A stretch of DNA of 64,000 bases, taken from assembly GCA_965279375.1 (NCBI GenBank), contig OZ257156.1, positions 3,808,001 through 3,872,000 on the forward strand, written 5' to 3'. This DNA is from Gemmatimonas sp. (GTDB lineage Bacteria; Gemmatimonadota; Gemmatimonadetes; Gemmatimonadales; Gemmatimonadaceae). Made by a program: the position numbers and the translations under genes. Shown here one piece after another: positions 1 to 13,978 of the stretch (positions within the stretch are counted from its first letter, which is position 1; every line of letters starts with the position of its first letter). The notes beneath the pieces are model-generated. The model was not told where the DNA came from. It searched no databases and was given only the letters and a program-made list of their open reading frames with translations.

Positions 1-797
1 GGGCCCGATGAGAAGTTGCGTACGACTGCGCCAGACCCACCGCGCAGGTCGACGCGCTCGGTGAAGTTCCCTTCGAAACTGTTGCCCTGCACTCGCACGT
101 TCGCGGCGCGGAACGTAAGTACACCTTTGCCGGCCGTGTTCGTATCCGACGCGGCGTGTCCGGATCGAAGCACGAATCCTTCGATCACGGCGCCGTCACC
201 GCCAACGCCGTTCTCCGAATTCACCAGAATCATCGGTTCGGAAATACCCGTTTGCGTCGTGCCGCCGACCACGGCCAGCTGCGGATTCGCGGTGAGAATC
301 GTGCCTGCCGTGCCTGCGGGGCCGCGCGGTCTCGCCGCGGAGTCCGTCGGAATCTGGTACCTGCCGCGGATGGTCACGTTGGGCATGTCGATGAGCAGCG
401 GCAGGCGTTCCTTGATGGTATCCAGTCCAGCGGTCGTGCCTTCGTACGCTCCTGCCGCGACGAGAATCGTGATGGGACATCCTGACCCAGCGTTCCCTTC
501 CACGACTTTGCGAATGCGTCGGGCTTCCGCGAGCGCATCGGTGATGCGGCGATAGTTCGGCGGACTGTTTCGCGTCAGCGCACGGTCCACGCGCAGCTCC
601 GCGACAAACCCGCCACGCGCTGTCAGAGCCGGCACCTCTGACTCAGCGATTTGCACCGTCGATGAGCGACCAGGTTCGCAGACGGTGACACGTGCCACCG
701 GCGCGCTCGGAGCAGCGTCATCGTTGGTCGATGCACAGCCGGCGCTGAACACGAGCCCTGCGAACGCGAGATCCCAGAAATGATTTCGCCGTGCCAT
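1..797 (-). CDS. Putative lipoprotein with right-handed beta-helix-like region (partial, runs off the left edge; absent from ORF track)
   Basis: Manual translation from ATG 797 (GGAGG upstream): MARRNHFWDLAFAGLVFSAGC (lipobox-like), then ITDALAEA...ITILVAAGAY...NVTIRG...AVIEGFVL...NVRVQGNSF. No stop seen before position 1. Confidence 0.65.
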   Translation of the reverse strand, partial: MARRNHFWDLAFAGLVFSAGCASTNDDAAPSAPVARVTVCEPGRSSTVQIAESEVPALTARGGFVAELRVDRALTRNSPPNYRRITDALAEARRIRKVVEGNAGSGCPITILVAAGAYEGTTAGLDTIKERLPLLIDMPNVTIRGRYQIPTDSAARPRGPAGTAGTILTANPQLAVVGGTTQTGISEPMILVNSENGVGGDGAVIEGFVLRSGHAASDTNTAGKGVLTFRAANVRVQGNSFEGNFTERVDLRGGSGAVVRNFSSG

Positions 798-916
798 AGC
801 TTCCTCCCTCGAGAAGAATGCGTGGCGCCAGCTGCGTTGCGGTAATCCCCTCAAACAGCGCGGCGCCCCGTGACCATGTGGTCGCAGCGGCGCCGGTGCA
901 AAAGACATCTTCAAGA

Positions 917-938
917 CGGCCGACGCGGGCGTCGGCCG
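917..938 (-). terminator. GC-rich hairpin, probable terminator of the mdh-sdh-tsdA unit
   Basis: Perfect 9-bp stem CGGCCGACG/CGTCGGCCG about 15 nt after the stop at 953; the following U-tract is weak. Confidence 0.5.
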
Positions 939-952
939 GCACGGCGAGCTAG

Positions 953-1621
953 TTACCCGCCGGCATAGACATAGCGGCAGCCGCGATCCTGCGCCTGCTG
1001 CAATGTCACGATCATCGCCGGCACGACCTCGACACCCGGCAGGAGATTCGCCTTCGCTTCCTCGGCGAATGCTGTCCGCAGTTTCTCATCCGAACGCGCG
1101 GGCTCGGGAAGGAATCTCGAGCCCGACGCCCGCAGCGAGTTCTGGCACACCAACAGAATCACGCCACGCTCCAGCAACTGCGCCACAAGATTGCTCCCGC
1201 CCGGACCATTCGGGTTCGCCGAACCGGTCATGCCCATCGTTTGCGCGATGGGATACTTGGACCACATCGCGTCATTGAACAGCAAACCAATGGATCGCCC
1301 GTTGAGACCGACGATGACACCGCTCTCGGCATCGGTGCGTCCGTACGTGTTCTTTTGCGTCTCGATGAACGTGCGCGCCCACGTCAGCGCGAGCCCGTCC
1401 GTCGGCAGATGCGAATGGAACACCACACGCTGCGTGCCCTTGAGGCGCGTCATCCACGGTTCGTCTGCTGCAGCCGTCCCGCCTTCCTCGGCGAGCGCCT
1501 GCCGTGCGCCGACGGAGCCTCCGACACCCAACGTCGCGCCGATAGCGAGCAAACGCGTCAGGAACGAACGGCGTGCAGGCCCCTGCGCCTCCAGTTGACG
1601 ATCATTCGATGAAGTCGACAT
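953..1621 (-). CDS. Tat-exported DsrE/DsrF-like protein
   Basis: RRSFL twin-arginine signal with ALA cleavage site; LFNDAMWSKY, RGVILLVCQNS (DsrE-type Cys), VVPAMIVTLQQAQDRG. Confidence 0.7.
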   Translation of the reverse strand: MSTSSNDRQLEAQGPARRSFLTRLLAIGATLGVGGSVGARQALAEEGGTAAADEPWMTRLKGTQRVVFHSHLPTDGLALTWARTFIETQKNTYGRTDAESGVIVGLNGRSIGLLFNDAMWSKYPIAQTMGMTGSANPNGPGGSNLVAQLLERGVILLVCQNSLRASGSRFLPEPARSDEKLRTAFAEEAKANLLPGVEVVPAMIVTLQQAQDRGCRYVYAGG

Positions 1622-1632
1622 GCTCGATACGC

Positions 1633-2472
1633 TCAGCGTAGGGGAGATGACGGTGCCGCGGACGGTGTGGCGGGCGAGACTCGGCGCGGCAACAGTGGAC
1701 GAGGTGGCGGCAATGCCTTCCCTGCCGCACGTGCACCATCCGTTGCATACGCCACGTCTGCGGGAGGATCACCCTTGGGCCAGTCGCGCTGCTTTCCAGG
1801 ATGATCCTGTCGCGCGTGCCTGAGCACATACGCCGCCACGTCGGCGGCCTGCTGATTGGAGAGCGTGTCCTTGTGGTCGAACGGCATGTTCCAGCGCACG
1901 AAAGTCGCGAACACTGTTTGCCGAGCGAGCCCCGCGCCGATCGAAAATGACTTCGAGCCCCACACGGCGGGCAGCGGACCATTCGAGCCGTTGCTGCCGT
2001 GGCAGCGCGCGCAGCTGGCGAAGTACACCTTGCGACCTTGCGCGACTACTCCGACCAGTCGCACGGTGTCGACTCCCACCGGTCGCACACTGTCTCGCAA
2101 CGACTCGATGTAACTGACCATGTCGCGCATGTCCCGACTGTCCTCGGGCAACATGCGACCAGCGAGACTGCGCGCGACGCACTCGTTCACTCGTTGCGCG
2201 AGCGTTTCCTCCGAACCTTTCCGCGCGCGGTAGCGTGGATAGCGAGTCGCCGTTCCGTGCCAGGACATGGCCGTGGCACGGGTTCCGTCATCCAGATGAC
2301 AACTCGTACAGCGCAGACCGTTGCCGCTCAACTTGGGCAACGAATCACGGAACGCGGAGACGAGTGCCCGTCCACGCGCGGCGTCCCCAGTCTGCGCCTC
2401 CGCGGTACGCACCGCGAAGGACAGAGATATCGCGCCAACACAGAGCGCGCTGAGCAACGCCGCGCGCGCCAT
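1633..2472 (-). CDS. tsdA: Diheme cytochrome c, thiosulfate dehydrogenase/tetrathionate reductase TsdA family
   Basis: Signal peptide; CTSCH and CARCH; YPRYRAR...QRVNECVARS (catalytic Cys); WG..SF..GAG...NMP heme-2 ligand region. Confidence 0.8.
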   Translation of the reverse strand: MARAALLSALCVGAISLSFAVRTAEAQTGDAARGRALVSAFRDSLPKLSGNGLRCTSCHLDDGTRATAMSWHGTATRYPRYRARKGSEETLAQRVNECVARSLAGRMLPEDSRDMRDMVSYIESLRDSVRPVGVDTVRLVGVVAQGRKVYFASCARCHGSNGSNGPLPAVWGSKSFSIGAGLARQTVFATFVRWNMPFDHKDTLSNQQAADVAAYVLRHARQDHPGKQRDWPKGDPPADVAYATDGARAAGKALPPPRPLLPRRVSPATPSAAPSSPLR

Positions 2473-2474
2473 CC

Positions 2475-3247
2475 TCAGCCTGTACCGACCGTGGCCTTGG
2501 GTTCCTGCCGACGTGCAGTCGCGACGATGAAATCACGATTCATCTGCTTGATCACGTCGATGTTGATCTCCTTCGGGCAGGCATCCATGCACTCTCCTGC
2601 GAGCGTGCAATGCCCGAAGCCCTCGAGGTCCATCGTCTCGACCATCGCCAGCGCGCGCTTGTCACGCTCCGGCTGCCCCTGCGGCAGCCGGCCCAGATGC
2701 GCGATCTTGGCGCCGGTGAACAACGACGCCGACGCGTTCGGGCACGCCGCCACGCACGCACCGCAACCGATGCACGCCGCTGCGTCCATCGCCTCGTCGA
2801 GCACGTCCTTGCCGATGAGAATCTCATTCGCGTCGCGCGCACCGCCGGTGTTCACCGACACGTACCCGCCCGCCTGAATGATGCGGTCGAATGCGGACCG
2901 ATCGACGACGAGATCCTTCACGACAGGAAACGCCGACGCACGCCATGGCTCGACGGTAATTGTGTCGCCGTCCTTGAACGCGCGCATGTGCAGCTGACAC
3001 GTCGCCGTGGCCTTCCACGGACCGTGCGCCTGTCCGTTGATCATCATCGCACACGAGCCGCAGATACCCTCGCGGCAGTCGTGCGCAAACGCGACCGGTT
3101 CCTTGCCAGTGACGGTCAACTGCTCGTTGAGCATGTCGATCATCTCGAGGAACGACGAGTCGCTGCTCACGCCCTCGAGCGAATGCGTCTCGAGCGCGCC
3201 CGGTGCCTTGGGCCCTGCCTGACGCCACACCTTCACAGTCAGCTTCA

Positions 3248-3248
<1 letters not shown>
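2475..3248 (-). CDS. sdhB: Succinate dehydrogenase/fumarate reductase Fe-S subunit
   Basis: [21 protein letters not shown] and [12 protein letters not shown] clusters. Confidence 0.95.
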
Positions 3249-5161
<1,913 letters not shown>

Positions 5162-5162
5162 C

Positions 5163-5912
5163 TCAGCGACCCTCCCCTGCGGACAGCGCCGCGACGGGTG
5201 CTGGCGTGACAGCGTTCACAGTGGCAGCAGTGGAAGATTCAACCAGCGGCGGCGCTTCCTGAAACACGCCCGCCACTGCGGCGAGCGGGATGATCATGAA
5301 GCCGGCCGCAACGATCACCGCAACGACAACAGCCAACGAGCGTTTGAGCGGCGCCTGCGCCGGGCGCGCTGCGCCCAACGTGCGAACCGCCGCCCAGATA
5401 CCGTGATACAGATGCAGCGCGAGCGCGGCCATGGCGAGCACGTAGAACCCAGCCATCAACGGATTGCGCAGCGCCACGACCACGTTGTTGTACGGATCGA
5501 GGTGCGTGAACTTCGGATGCACGACGCCGAGTGTCAGCTGCAGCAGATGGAAGACGATGAAGACGAGCAGCAACACGCCGCCCCAGCGAATCGTCTTCGC
5601 GGCGAACGTGGTCACCTGCGGACGACGCTCGGCGTAGCCCTCAGGTCGTGCGGCGCGGGAAATCATTGTCAGCTGGTAGGCCGACACGGCATGGAGCACC
5701 ACAGCAGCGACCAGTACCGCGCGGACCGTGTACAGCAACGGCATGCTGGTGCGGAGCAGGAGCGCGTAGTGATGCATCGCATCCTGCCCCTTGAACATGA
5801 GCAGGTTGCCGGACATGTGGCCGATCACGAAGCCGACGCCGATGATGCCCGTGACGGCCATGACGATCTTCTTGCCGATCGTGCTCTGCCAGAAACGCGT
5901 GAGAGCGTACAT
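5163..5912 (-). CDS. sdhC: Succinate dehydrogenase cytochrome b558 subunit
   Basis: [13 protein letters not shown], five TM helices with His ligands. ATG 5912 preferred; GTG 5945 possible. Confidence 0.9.
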   Translation of the reverse strand: MYALTRFWQSTIGKKIVMAVTGIIGVGFVIGHMSGNLLMFKGQDAMHHYALLLRTSMPLLYTVRAVLVAAVVLHAVSAYQLTMISRAARPEGYAERRPQVTTFAAKTIRWGGVLLLVFIVFHLLQLTLGVVHPKFTHLDPYNNVVVALRNPLMAGFYVLAMAALALHLYHGIWAAVRTLGAARPAQAPLKRSLAVVVAVIVAAGFMIIPLAAVAGVFQEAPPLVESSTAATVNAVTPAPVAALSAGEGR

Positions 5913-5972
5913 AGGGGGGGTATAAGAAAGAACCGGCGCGGTCACGAGAGTGAGCGCGCCGGTCCGGTCAAA

Positions 5973-8045
<2,073 letters not shown>

Positions 8046-8049
<4 letters not shown>

Positions 8050-8528
8050 GCGTGTGTCGAGTTTGTGCCGGTCGCCATCTCACTCGCGCGCGTCGGGTCC
8101 ACCCATGCGCGATCCCCGTCCACGTAGTGCTCACGCTTCCAGATCGGGACGCGCTGCTTCAGCGATTCGATGATCGCGCGTGCAGCGTCGAGCGCCGGGG
8201 CCCGTCGCGCATGAGCCGCCGCAATCGCCACGCTCGCGTCGCCGATGCCGAGCGTGCCCACGCGATGCTCGATCGCCACGCGCAGCCCTGGGGTCGCAAC
8301 ACAAACCTCGCGCGCAATCGCCGTGAGCTCGGACTCAGCCATCGGTTGATACGCTTCGTAGTCGATCCCCGTCACCGCTCGCCCGTCATTCACGTCGCGA
8401 ACCGTGCCTACGAACAGCGAGACCGCTCCGACACCCGCGTCCGACGCTCTCGCGAGCAACGCGCCGACGTCGATGGGGTCCGTCACGATGGCGACGTGAA
8501 CGACGCCGAGTTCGTGGAGCGCGGTCAT
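8046..8528 (-). CDS. moaE: Molybdopterin synthase catalytic subunit
   Basis: FVGTVRD, YEAY, HRVG, LKQRVPIWKRE. Confidence 0.93.
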
Positions 8529-8531
8529 GCG

Positions 8532-8774
8532 TCAGCCACCCGCGACTGGAGGGATCAGGGCGACCTCGTCACCGACGGAGATCGGCGAGGTAGGCGACGC
8601 CCATGTCCGATTGACTGCGACCAGTGGAGCAGCGGGAAGCCGCTGTCCGCCCGGCAGGAGTCGCATCGCATCGACCACGTCCTGCACGCTGCACGGCAAC
8701 CCGACGGACACGTCCAGTTGGCGCGCGCCGAACTGGTCGGCGTAGGAGGCGAAGAGCAGCACTGGGATCGTCAT
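8532..8774 (-). CDS. moaD: Molybdopterin synthase sulfur carrier
   Basis: LFAS...VAVN...GDEVALIPPVAGG; start at ATG 8774. Confidence 0.9.
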   Translation of the reverse strand: MTIPVLLFASYADQFGARQLDVSVGLPCSVQDVVDAMRLLPGGQRLPAAPLVAVNRTWASPTSPISVGDEVALIPPVAGG

Positions 8775-8827
8775 GTCGGTGGGAAAGATAGCGCGGGGTG
8801 TCCGAATTCGTTCCCGGAAACACAGAA

Positions 8828-8852
8828 CCCCGCGACGATGAGCGTCGCGGGG
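8828..8852 (-). terminator. Intrinsic terminator after the HU gene
   Basis: Stem CCCCGCGACG/CGTCGCGGGG followed on the minus strand by TTCTGTGTTT. Confidence 0.65.
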
Positions 8853-8873
8853 CAAGTGAGCGTGAGGGCGAAC

Positions 8874-9215
8874 TCAACCCTCGAACGAATCTTCATCCTC
8901 GTCGTCGAATGCAGAGATGTCGAGGCCGGCAACCATGGCGCGCAGCTCCTTGGACGGCTTGAAGACCGGCACCGGGCGCGCTGACACCTCCACAGGCGAG
9001 CCCGTGCGGGGATTGCGAGCCATGCGCGTCTTGCGCTGCCGAATCTTGAACGTGCCGAAGCCACGCACCTCGATGTTCTTCTGCTCCTGCAGCGCGTCCT
9101 TGATCGCGTCCAGGAATGCGTCAACAACACGCGCGCAGTCCTTCTTCGAGATGGTCGGGCCGGCCGTCCGCGCAATCCGCGCGGTGACGTTCTCAACCAG
9201 ATCGGCTTTCGTCAT
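8874..9215 (-). CDS. HU/IHF family DNA-binding protein with acidic C-terminal tail
   Basis: MTKADLV...RGFGTF...ARNPRTG...FKPSKELR. Confidence 0.92.
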   Translation of the reverse strand: MTKADLVENVTARIARTAGPTISKKDCARVVDAFLDAIKDALQEQKNIEVRGFGTFKIRQRKTRMARNPRTGSPVEVSARPVPVFKPSKELRAMVAGLDISAFDDEDEDSFEG

Positions 9216-9279
9216 GGGCTCCACCAGGAGGTGCACCGCGCGTCCACGAGGGGTCGAGACGCAGCGTATCCAAGGACCG

Positions 9280-9308
9280 AACGTATGACCTTAGTGCTTA
9301 TGAGTCAA
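9280..9308 (-). promoter_or_regulatory. Putative sigma70 promoter of the HU gene, overlapping the carA stop
   Basis: TTGACT-N17-TACGTT. Confidence 0.6.
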
Positions 9309-10428
9309 GCGGTTGGGTCGCTTTCGCCCGGCCCTTCTCCAGCGCCGAAAGAAACTGGTCGAACAGCGGCACGGCGTCATGCGGACCAGGCGCGGCCTCC
9401 GGGTGATACTGCACCGCGAAGATCGGCAGAGTCCGATGACGGAGCCCTTCCACCGTTCCGTCATTCAAGTTCAGGTGCGTGACCTCGAGATCTGGCGCCC
9501 CCTCCACCCCCTCGGCGGAGCCTGCCACGGCGAAGCCGTGATTCTGGGAGGTGATGAGCACCTTGCCCGTGGCGAGGTCCTTCACGGGCTGATTTCCGCC
9601 ACGATGACCGTACGGCATCTTCGTGGTGTGTCCGCCAAAGGACAGCCCCAGCAGCTGGTGGCCGAGGCAGATGCCGAACATCGGCACCTGCTGCTCAGCG
9701 ATCTGGCGAATCGCGGCCGGCGCGTACGACACGGCCTCCGGGTCGCCCGGGCCGTTGGACAGGAAGACGCCGTCCGGATTCATCGCCAGCACGGCGTCGG
9801 CCGTCGTGTCCGACGGGACCACGGTCACGCGACACCCGTGCGCATCGAGGAGGCGCAGGATGTTGGCCTTGATGCCAAAGTCATACGCGACGACATGATA
9901 CGGCGCCTGCGCGTTGCCCCACTCGTAGGACGACCGCGTGGACACGACGGACGCGAGGTCGAGTCCCGCCATGCTCGGGCACGCATCGAGCGCCGCCAGC
10001 GCTTCACGGCTCGGCGTGTCGCCCTCGGCGATTACCCCACGCATCACGCCGACTGAGCGCAGATGCTTGGTCAGGCGACGGGTGTCGACTTCGGTCAGCA
10101 CCGGCACGTTGTGCTCGGCCAACCATTCCGGGAGGCCGCCGGTGGCACGCCAGTTGGAGTACGTCGGCGACAGCTCTCGCACAACGACACCGGAAATCTG
10201 CGGGCGGGCGGATTCCGGGTCTTCGGTATTGACGCCGTAGTTGCCGATCTGGGTGGCGGTCAGCAAGACGATCTGCTCGCGGTACGAAGGGTCAGTGAAG
10301 ACCTCCTGGTACCCGGTCATGTTGGTCGTGAACACCACCTCGGCCACGTTCGGGCCGAGCGCGCCGACGAGGCGGCCACGAAAAAGGGTTCCGTCCTCGA
10401 GGAGGAGGAACCCCTGTGTCGACTGCAT
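9298..10428 (-). CDS. carA: Carbamoyl-phosphate synthase small subunit
   Basis: EVVFTTNMTGYQE, LSNGPGDP, GICLGHQ, QYHPEA; start at ATG 10428. Confidence 0.95.
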   Translation of the reverse strand: MQSTQGFLLLEDGTLFRGRLVGALGPNVAEVVFTTNMTGYQEVFTDPSYREQIVLLTATQIGNYGVNTEDPESARPQISGVVVRELSPTYSNWRATGGLPEWLAEHNVPVLTEVDTRRLTKHLRSVGVMRGVIAEGDTPSREALAALDACPSMAGLDLASVVSTRSSYEWGNAQAPYHVVAYDFGIKANILRLLDAHGCRVTVVPSDTTADAVLAMNPDGVFLSNGPGDPEAVSYAPAAIRQIAEQQVPMFGICLGHQLLGLSFGGHTTKMPYGHRGGNQPVKDLATGKVLITSQNHGFAVAGSAEGVEGAPDLEVTHLNLNDGTVEGLRHRTLPIFAVQYHPEAAPGPHDAVPLFDQFLSALEKGRAKATQPLDS

Positions 10429-10441
10429 TATCGGCGGCCCC

Positions 10442-10822
10442 TTACGGCTTGGCGGGCGGTGTTGCCGGAGTAGCCGGCTGCTGCGTGAGCGGAGCGGCCG
10501 GAGCCGGTGCGGCCTTGCCAGCCGGTGCCGGAGCGGTCGCCGGCGCCGTGGCGCCAAGCTTGTCGAGGACCGACGTGGGCGCCGCAGTGCGCGTGGACAT
10601 CAGCTGCAGCACGAACGCCAGCCCCAGAAAGATCCCGCCGCACCACCAGCTGGCCGACGTCAGGAGGTTGCCCGCCTGCCGCGTACCGATGACCGAATCC
10701 GCCGACGAACTCGCACCGCCGAAGTTGGCAGCGAGGCCGCCACCCTTACCGGACTGGAGGAGAATGGCCGCGCCGAGCACCAGCGCGTCGATGATCAGGA
10801 GGACCAGAAGGAACGTGTACAT
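10442..10822 (-). CDS. secG: Preprotein translocase subunit SecG
   Basis: ILLQSGKGGGLAANFGG; two TMs; follows tpiA. Confidence 0.9.
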   Translation of the reverse strand: MYTFLLVLLIIDALVLGAAILLQSGKGGGLAANFGGASSSADSVIGTRQAGNLLTSASWWCGGIFLGLAFVLQLMSTRTAAPTSVLDKLGATAPATAPAPAGKAAPAPAAPLTQQPATPATPPAKP

Positions 10823-10931
10823 GGCACGGGGTCGAAGACGCCGCCGGAGCGGCGAGAAACCATCGGAGTGAGCCACGAAACATCACAACCTGCCGCTGCG
10901 GATTCAAGTGCTTGGCCGCGCGGTGTTTGCG

Positions 10932-11687
10932 TCAGCTGCGGACGATACTGCTCCAGGCGTCCGGATCGAGCGACGCTCCACCCACCAGCAGGCCGTCCAC
11001 ATCGGGCGCGGCGAGCAGCGTGGCCGCGTTGCCACGGTTGACCGATCCGCCGTAGAGGATCGGGACGCCGGCCGCGGCGCGCTCGTCCAGGCGCGAGGCC
11101 AGCGCCCGACGGAGCACACCGTGAATATCGCTGGCGTCCTCCGGCGTGGCCGTCCGGCCCGTGCCGATAGCCCACACGGGCTCGTAGGCCAGCATCATCC
11201 CGGCGACCTGCGCGTCGTCCAACTGTGCGATGCCAGCGGCAAACTGTCGTTCCACCACGGACGCCGTCGTACCGGCCTCGCGCTCGTCGAGGGTCTCGCC
11301 CACGCACAGCATCGGGATCAGTCGCGCCTGCGCGATCAGCGCACACTTCTTCATCGTCGCCTCGTCGGTCTCGCCAAACACATGCCGACGCTCCGAGTGC
11401 CCCACCAGCACGACCCGCGCGCCGGCATCCCGCACCATGAGCACCGAATTCTCACCCGTGTAGGCGCCCTGCGGCTCGCTGTAGACGTTCTGCGCGCCCA
11501 CCCAGATGTCCGGACGGTCCTTGAGCTGATCGACCACCGTTGTGAGCGTGATGGCCGACGGAAAGAAGATCACCGTACGGTCCTGCTGGCGCGGCGTCTG
11601 CGCGAGAAACCGCTGCAGAAACTGCTTCGCGTCGGTGGGGCCGTGGTTCAGCTTCCAGTTGGCGGCGATGACGGGTTTGCGATGCAT
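10932..11687 (-). CDS. tpiA: Triosephosphate isomerase
   Basis: ANWKLN, GHSERR, AYEPVWAIGTG, LVGGASL. Confidence 0.97.
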   Translation of the reverse strand: MHRKPVIAANWKLNHGPTDAKQFLQRFLAQTPRQQDRTVIFFPSAITLTTVVDQLKDRPDIWVGAQNVYSEPQGAYTGENSVLMVRDAGARVVLVGHSERRHVFGETDEATMKKCALIAQARLIPMLCVGETLDEREAGTTASVVERQFAAGIAQLDDAQVAGMMLAYEPVWAIGTGRTATPEDASDIHGVLRRALASRLDERAAAGVPILYGGSVNRGNAATLLAAPDVDGLLVGGASLDPDAWSSIVRS

Positions 11688-11689
11688 GA

Positions 11690-12886
11690 TCACTGAGTGT
11701 CGAGTGCGGTGACACCGGGGAGCGCCTTGCCCTCGAGGAATTCGAGAGATGCACCACCACCAGTGGAGACGTGCGACATGCGGTCTTCGAGGCCGGCTTC
11801 CGCGACGGCCGCGGCAGAGTCGCCACCGCCGATGATCGTCGTAGCACCGGTGCCGGTCGCGGCAGCCATCGCTTCGGCAATGGCGCGCGTGCCTAAATCG
11901 AAGGGCGGCTTTTCGAACACGCCCATCGGTCCGTTCCACAACACCGTCTTGGCCGAACCGACGATGCTGGCATACTGCGCGATGCTATCGGGCCCGATGT
12001 CGAACATCGCCTCGCCGGCCGGAATCGCATCACGCGCCACGGCGTGCGCCTCAGCGGTGGCATCCATCGAGGGCGCGATCATCGCGTCGGTGGGAAGCAC
12101 GAGCTTGGCGCCGGCCCGCGACAGCAGGTCCTTGGCCATGTCGAGACGATCGGGTTCGACGAGCGACTTCCCGGTTTCGAATCCCATCGCGCGGAAGAAC
12201 GTGCACGCCATCGCGCCGCCGATCAGCAGGTGATCGACCTTGGGCAGCAGCGCCTCGACGACATCGATCTTCCCGGAAATCTTGGAACCGCCGAGAATCG
12301 CGACGAAGGGACGCTCGGGAGCAGCGAGCGCGCCGCCCAGATACGCCAGCTCCTTCTCCATGAGCAGACCGGCCACGGCGGGCTTGCAGTACTGCGCCAC
12401 GCCCGCCGTGCTCGAATGCGCACGATGCGCCGCACCGAACGCGTCGTTCACGTAGAAGTCGCCCAACTCGGCGAGCTGCTGCGACAACGCGTCGTCGTTC
12501 TTTTCTTCGCCGGGAAGAAAGCGCGTGTTCTCGAGAAGCAGCGTCTCGCCATTGCCGAGCGCGCGCGTGGCCGCGACCGCCGCCGCACCAACCGTTTCAC
12601 CGAAGAACGTGACGGGGCGCTTGAGCAACTCACGCAGTCGCACGGCAACCGGCGCCAGTGAGTACTTGGCTTCCGGTGCGCCCTTGGGGCGTCCGAAGTG
12701 CGCGAGCAAGACCACACGCGCACCGCCGTCGAGGAGCAGGTTGATCGTCGGCAGCGCGGCCTCGATGCGCGTGTCGTCGCTGACGTGCCCGCTGTCATCG
12801 AGCGGGACGTTGAAGTCCACGCGCACCAGCGCCCGTTTGCCAGCGATGTCTGCCGGCGCGAGGTCGCGAATTGTACGAGTCGTCAT
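11690..12886 (-). CDS. pgk: Phosphoglycerate kinase
   Basis: [25 protein letters not shown]. Confidence 0.97.
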   Translation of the reverse strand: MTTRTIRDLAPADIAGKRALVRVDFNVPLDDSGHVSDDTRIEAALPTINLLLDGGARVVLLAHFGRPKGAPEAKYSLAPVAVRLRELLKRPVTFFGETVGAAAVAATRALGNGETLLLENTRFLPGEEKNDDALSQQLAELGDFYVNDAFGAAHRAHSSTAGVAQYCKPAVAGLLMEKELAYLGGALAAPERPFVAILGGSKISGKIDVVEALLPKVDHLLIGGAMACTFFRAMGFETGKSLVEPDRLDMAKDLLSRAGAKLVLPTDAMIAPSMDATAEAHAVARDAIPAGEAMFDIGPDSIAQYASIVGSAKTVLWNGPMGVFEKPPFDLGTRAIAEAMAAATGTGATTIIGGGDSAAAVAEAGLEDRMSHVSTGGGASLEFLEGKALPGVTALDTQ

Positions 12887-12900
12887 GAGGCCTGTATGCA

Positions 12901-12930
12901 GGAGCCCCGGCACAGCAGCACCGGGGCTCC
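12901..12930. other. Intergenic hairpin between gap and pgk
   Basis: Perfect 10-bp inverted repeat GGAGCCCCGG/CCGGGGCTCC; no U-tract. Confidence 0.6.
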
Positions 12931-12959
12931 GCGTGTTGGAAGAGTCTTGCTGCGAGCGA

Positions 12960-13973
12960 CTACAGTCGCGCGCCGATGAAACGCAGGAGATCGACGCAGC
13001 GCGAGGAGTAGCCCCACTCGTTGTCGTACCAGCCGGAGATCTTCACCAGCGTACCATCGATGACGATCGTGCTCAGCGCGTCGAGCGTGCAGCTGTGCGG
13101 GTTACCGACGTAGTCGATGGACACGAGCGGTACTTCGCTGTAGTCGAGAATGCCGGCCAACGGACCCGAAGCCGCCGCAGCCTTGAAGAGCGCGTTGACT
13201 TCTTCCTTGGTCGTCCCCTTCTCCACCACGCAGGTGAGATCGGTGAGCGAGACGTCGGGCGTGGGGACGCGGACAGCGATGCCGTCGATCTTGCCCTTCA
13301 CTTCCGGAATCACGAGCGACGTGGCCTTGGCCGCACCGGTGGATGTCGGGATCATCGAGACCGCGGCCGCGCGCGCGCGACGCAGATCCTTGTGCGGAAG
13401 ATCGAGGATCGACTGGTCGTTGGTGTAGCTGTGAATCGTGACCATCGTGCCGTGTACGAAGCCAAGGTTATCGCGAATCACCTTGACCATCGGCACGAGA
13501 CAGTTCGTCGTGCACGACGCGTTCGAGATGATGTGATGGTTGGCCGGATCGTACTTGTCGCTGTTGACGCCCATCACGATGGTGATGTCTTCGTTCGTCG
13601 CAGGGGCCGAGATGACGACCTTCTTCGCGCCGGCATCCATGTGCTTCTTGGCGTCCGCGGCCGCGGTGAAGCGACCGGTGGACTCGAGCACGATGTCGAC
13701 ATTCAACTCCTTCCACGGCAGCTTCGACGGCTCACGTTCGGCGATGATGCGAATGCGATCGCCATCGATCGTGATGCTCTCGGCGTCGTGCGACACTTCG
13801 CCGTCATACTGGCCGTGGACCGAATCGTACTTGAACAGATGGGCAAGCGTGCCCGTGTCCGTCAGGTCGTTGATGCCAACGAAGTCGATGTCGGCAACGC
13901 CCTGTTGCTTGGCGGCACGCAACACTTGACGGCCGATGCGGCCGAAGCCGTTGATGCCTACGCGAATGGCCAT
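12960..13973 (-). CDS. gap: Glyceraldehyde-3-phosphate dehydrogenase type I
   Basis: [26 protein letters not shown]. Confidence 0.98.
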   Translation of the reverse strand: MAIRVGINGFGRIGRQVLRAAKQQGVADIDFVGINDLTDTGTLAHLFKYDSVHGQYDGEVSHDAESITIDGDRIRIIAEREPSKLPWKELNVDIVLESTGRFTAAADAKKHMDAGAKKVVISAPATNEDITIVMGVNSDKYDPANHHIISNASCTTNCLVPMVKVIRDNLGFVHGTMVTIHSYTNDQSILDLPHKDLRRARAAAVSMIPTSTGAAKATSLVIPEVKGKIDGIAVRVPTPDVSLTDLTCVVEKGTTKEEVNALFKAAAASGPLAGILDYSEVPLVSIDYVGNPHSCTLDALSTIVIDGTLVKISGWYDNEWGYSSRCVDLLRFIGARL

Positions 13974-13978
13974 TCGTA

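Noticed and set aside
5913..5920. G7/C7 homopolymer before sdhC as a phase-variation tract
   Set aside because: Short, in high-GC DNA, and upstream of the likely ATG of a core gene.
9298..10428. carA without adjacent carB
   Set aside because: Split carA/carB is common; the N-terminal extension in the ORF track is just overlap with secG.
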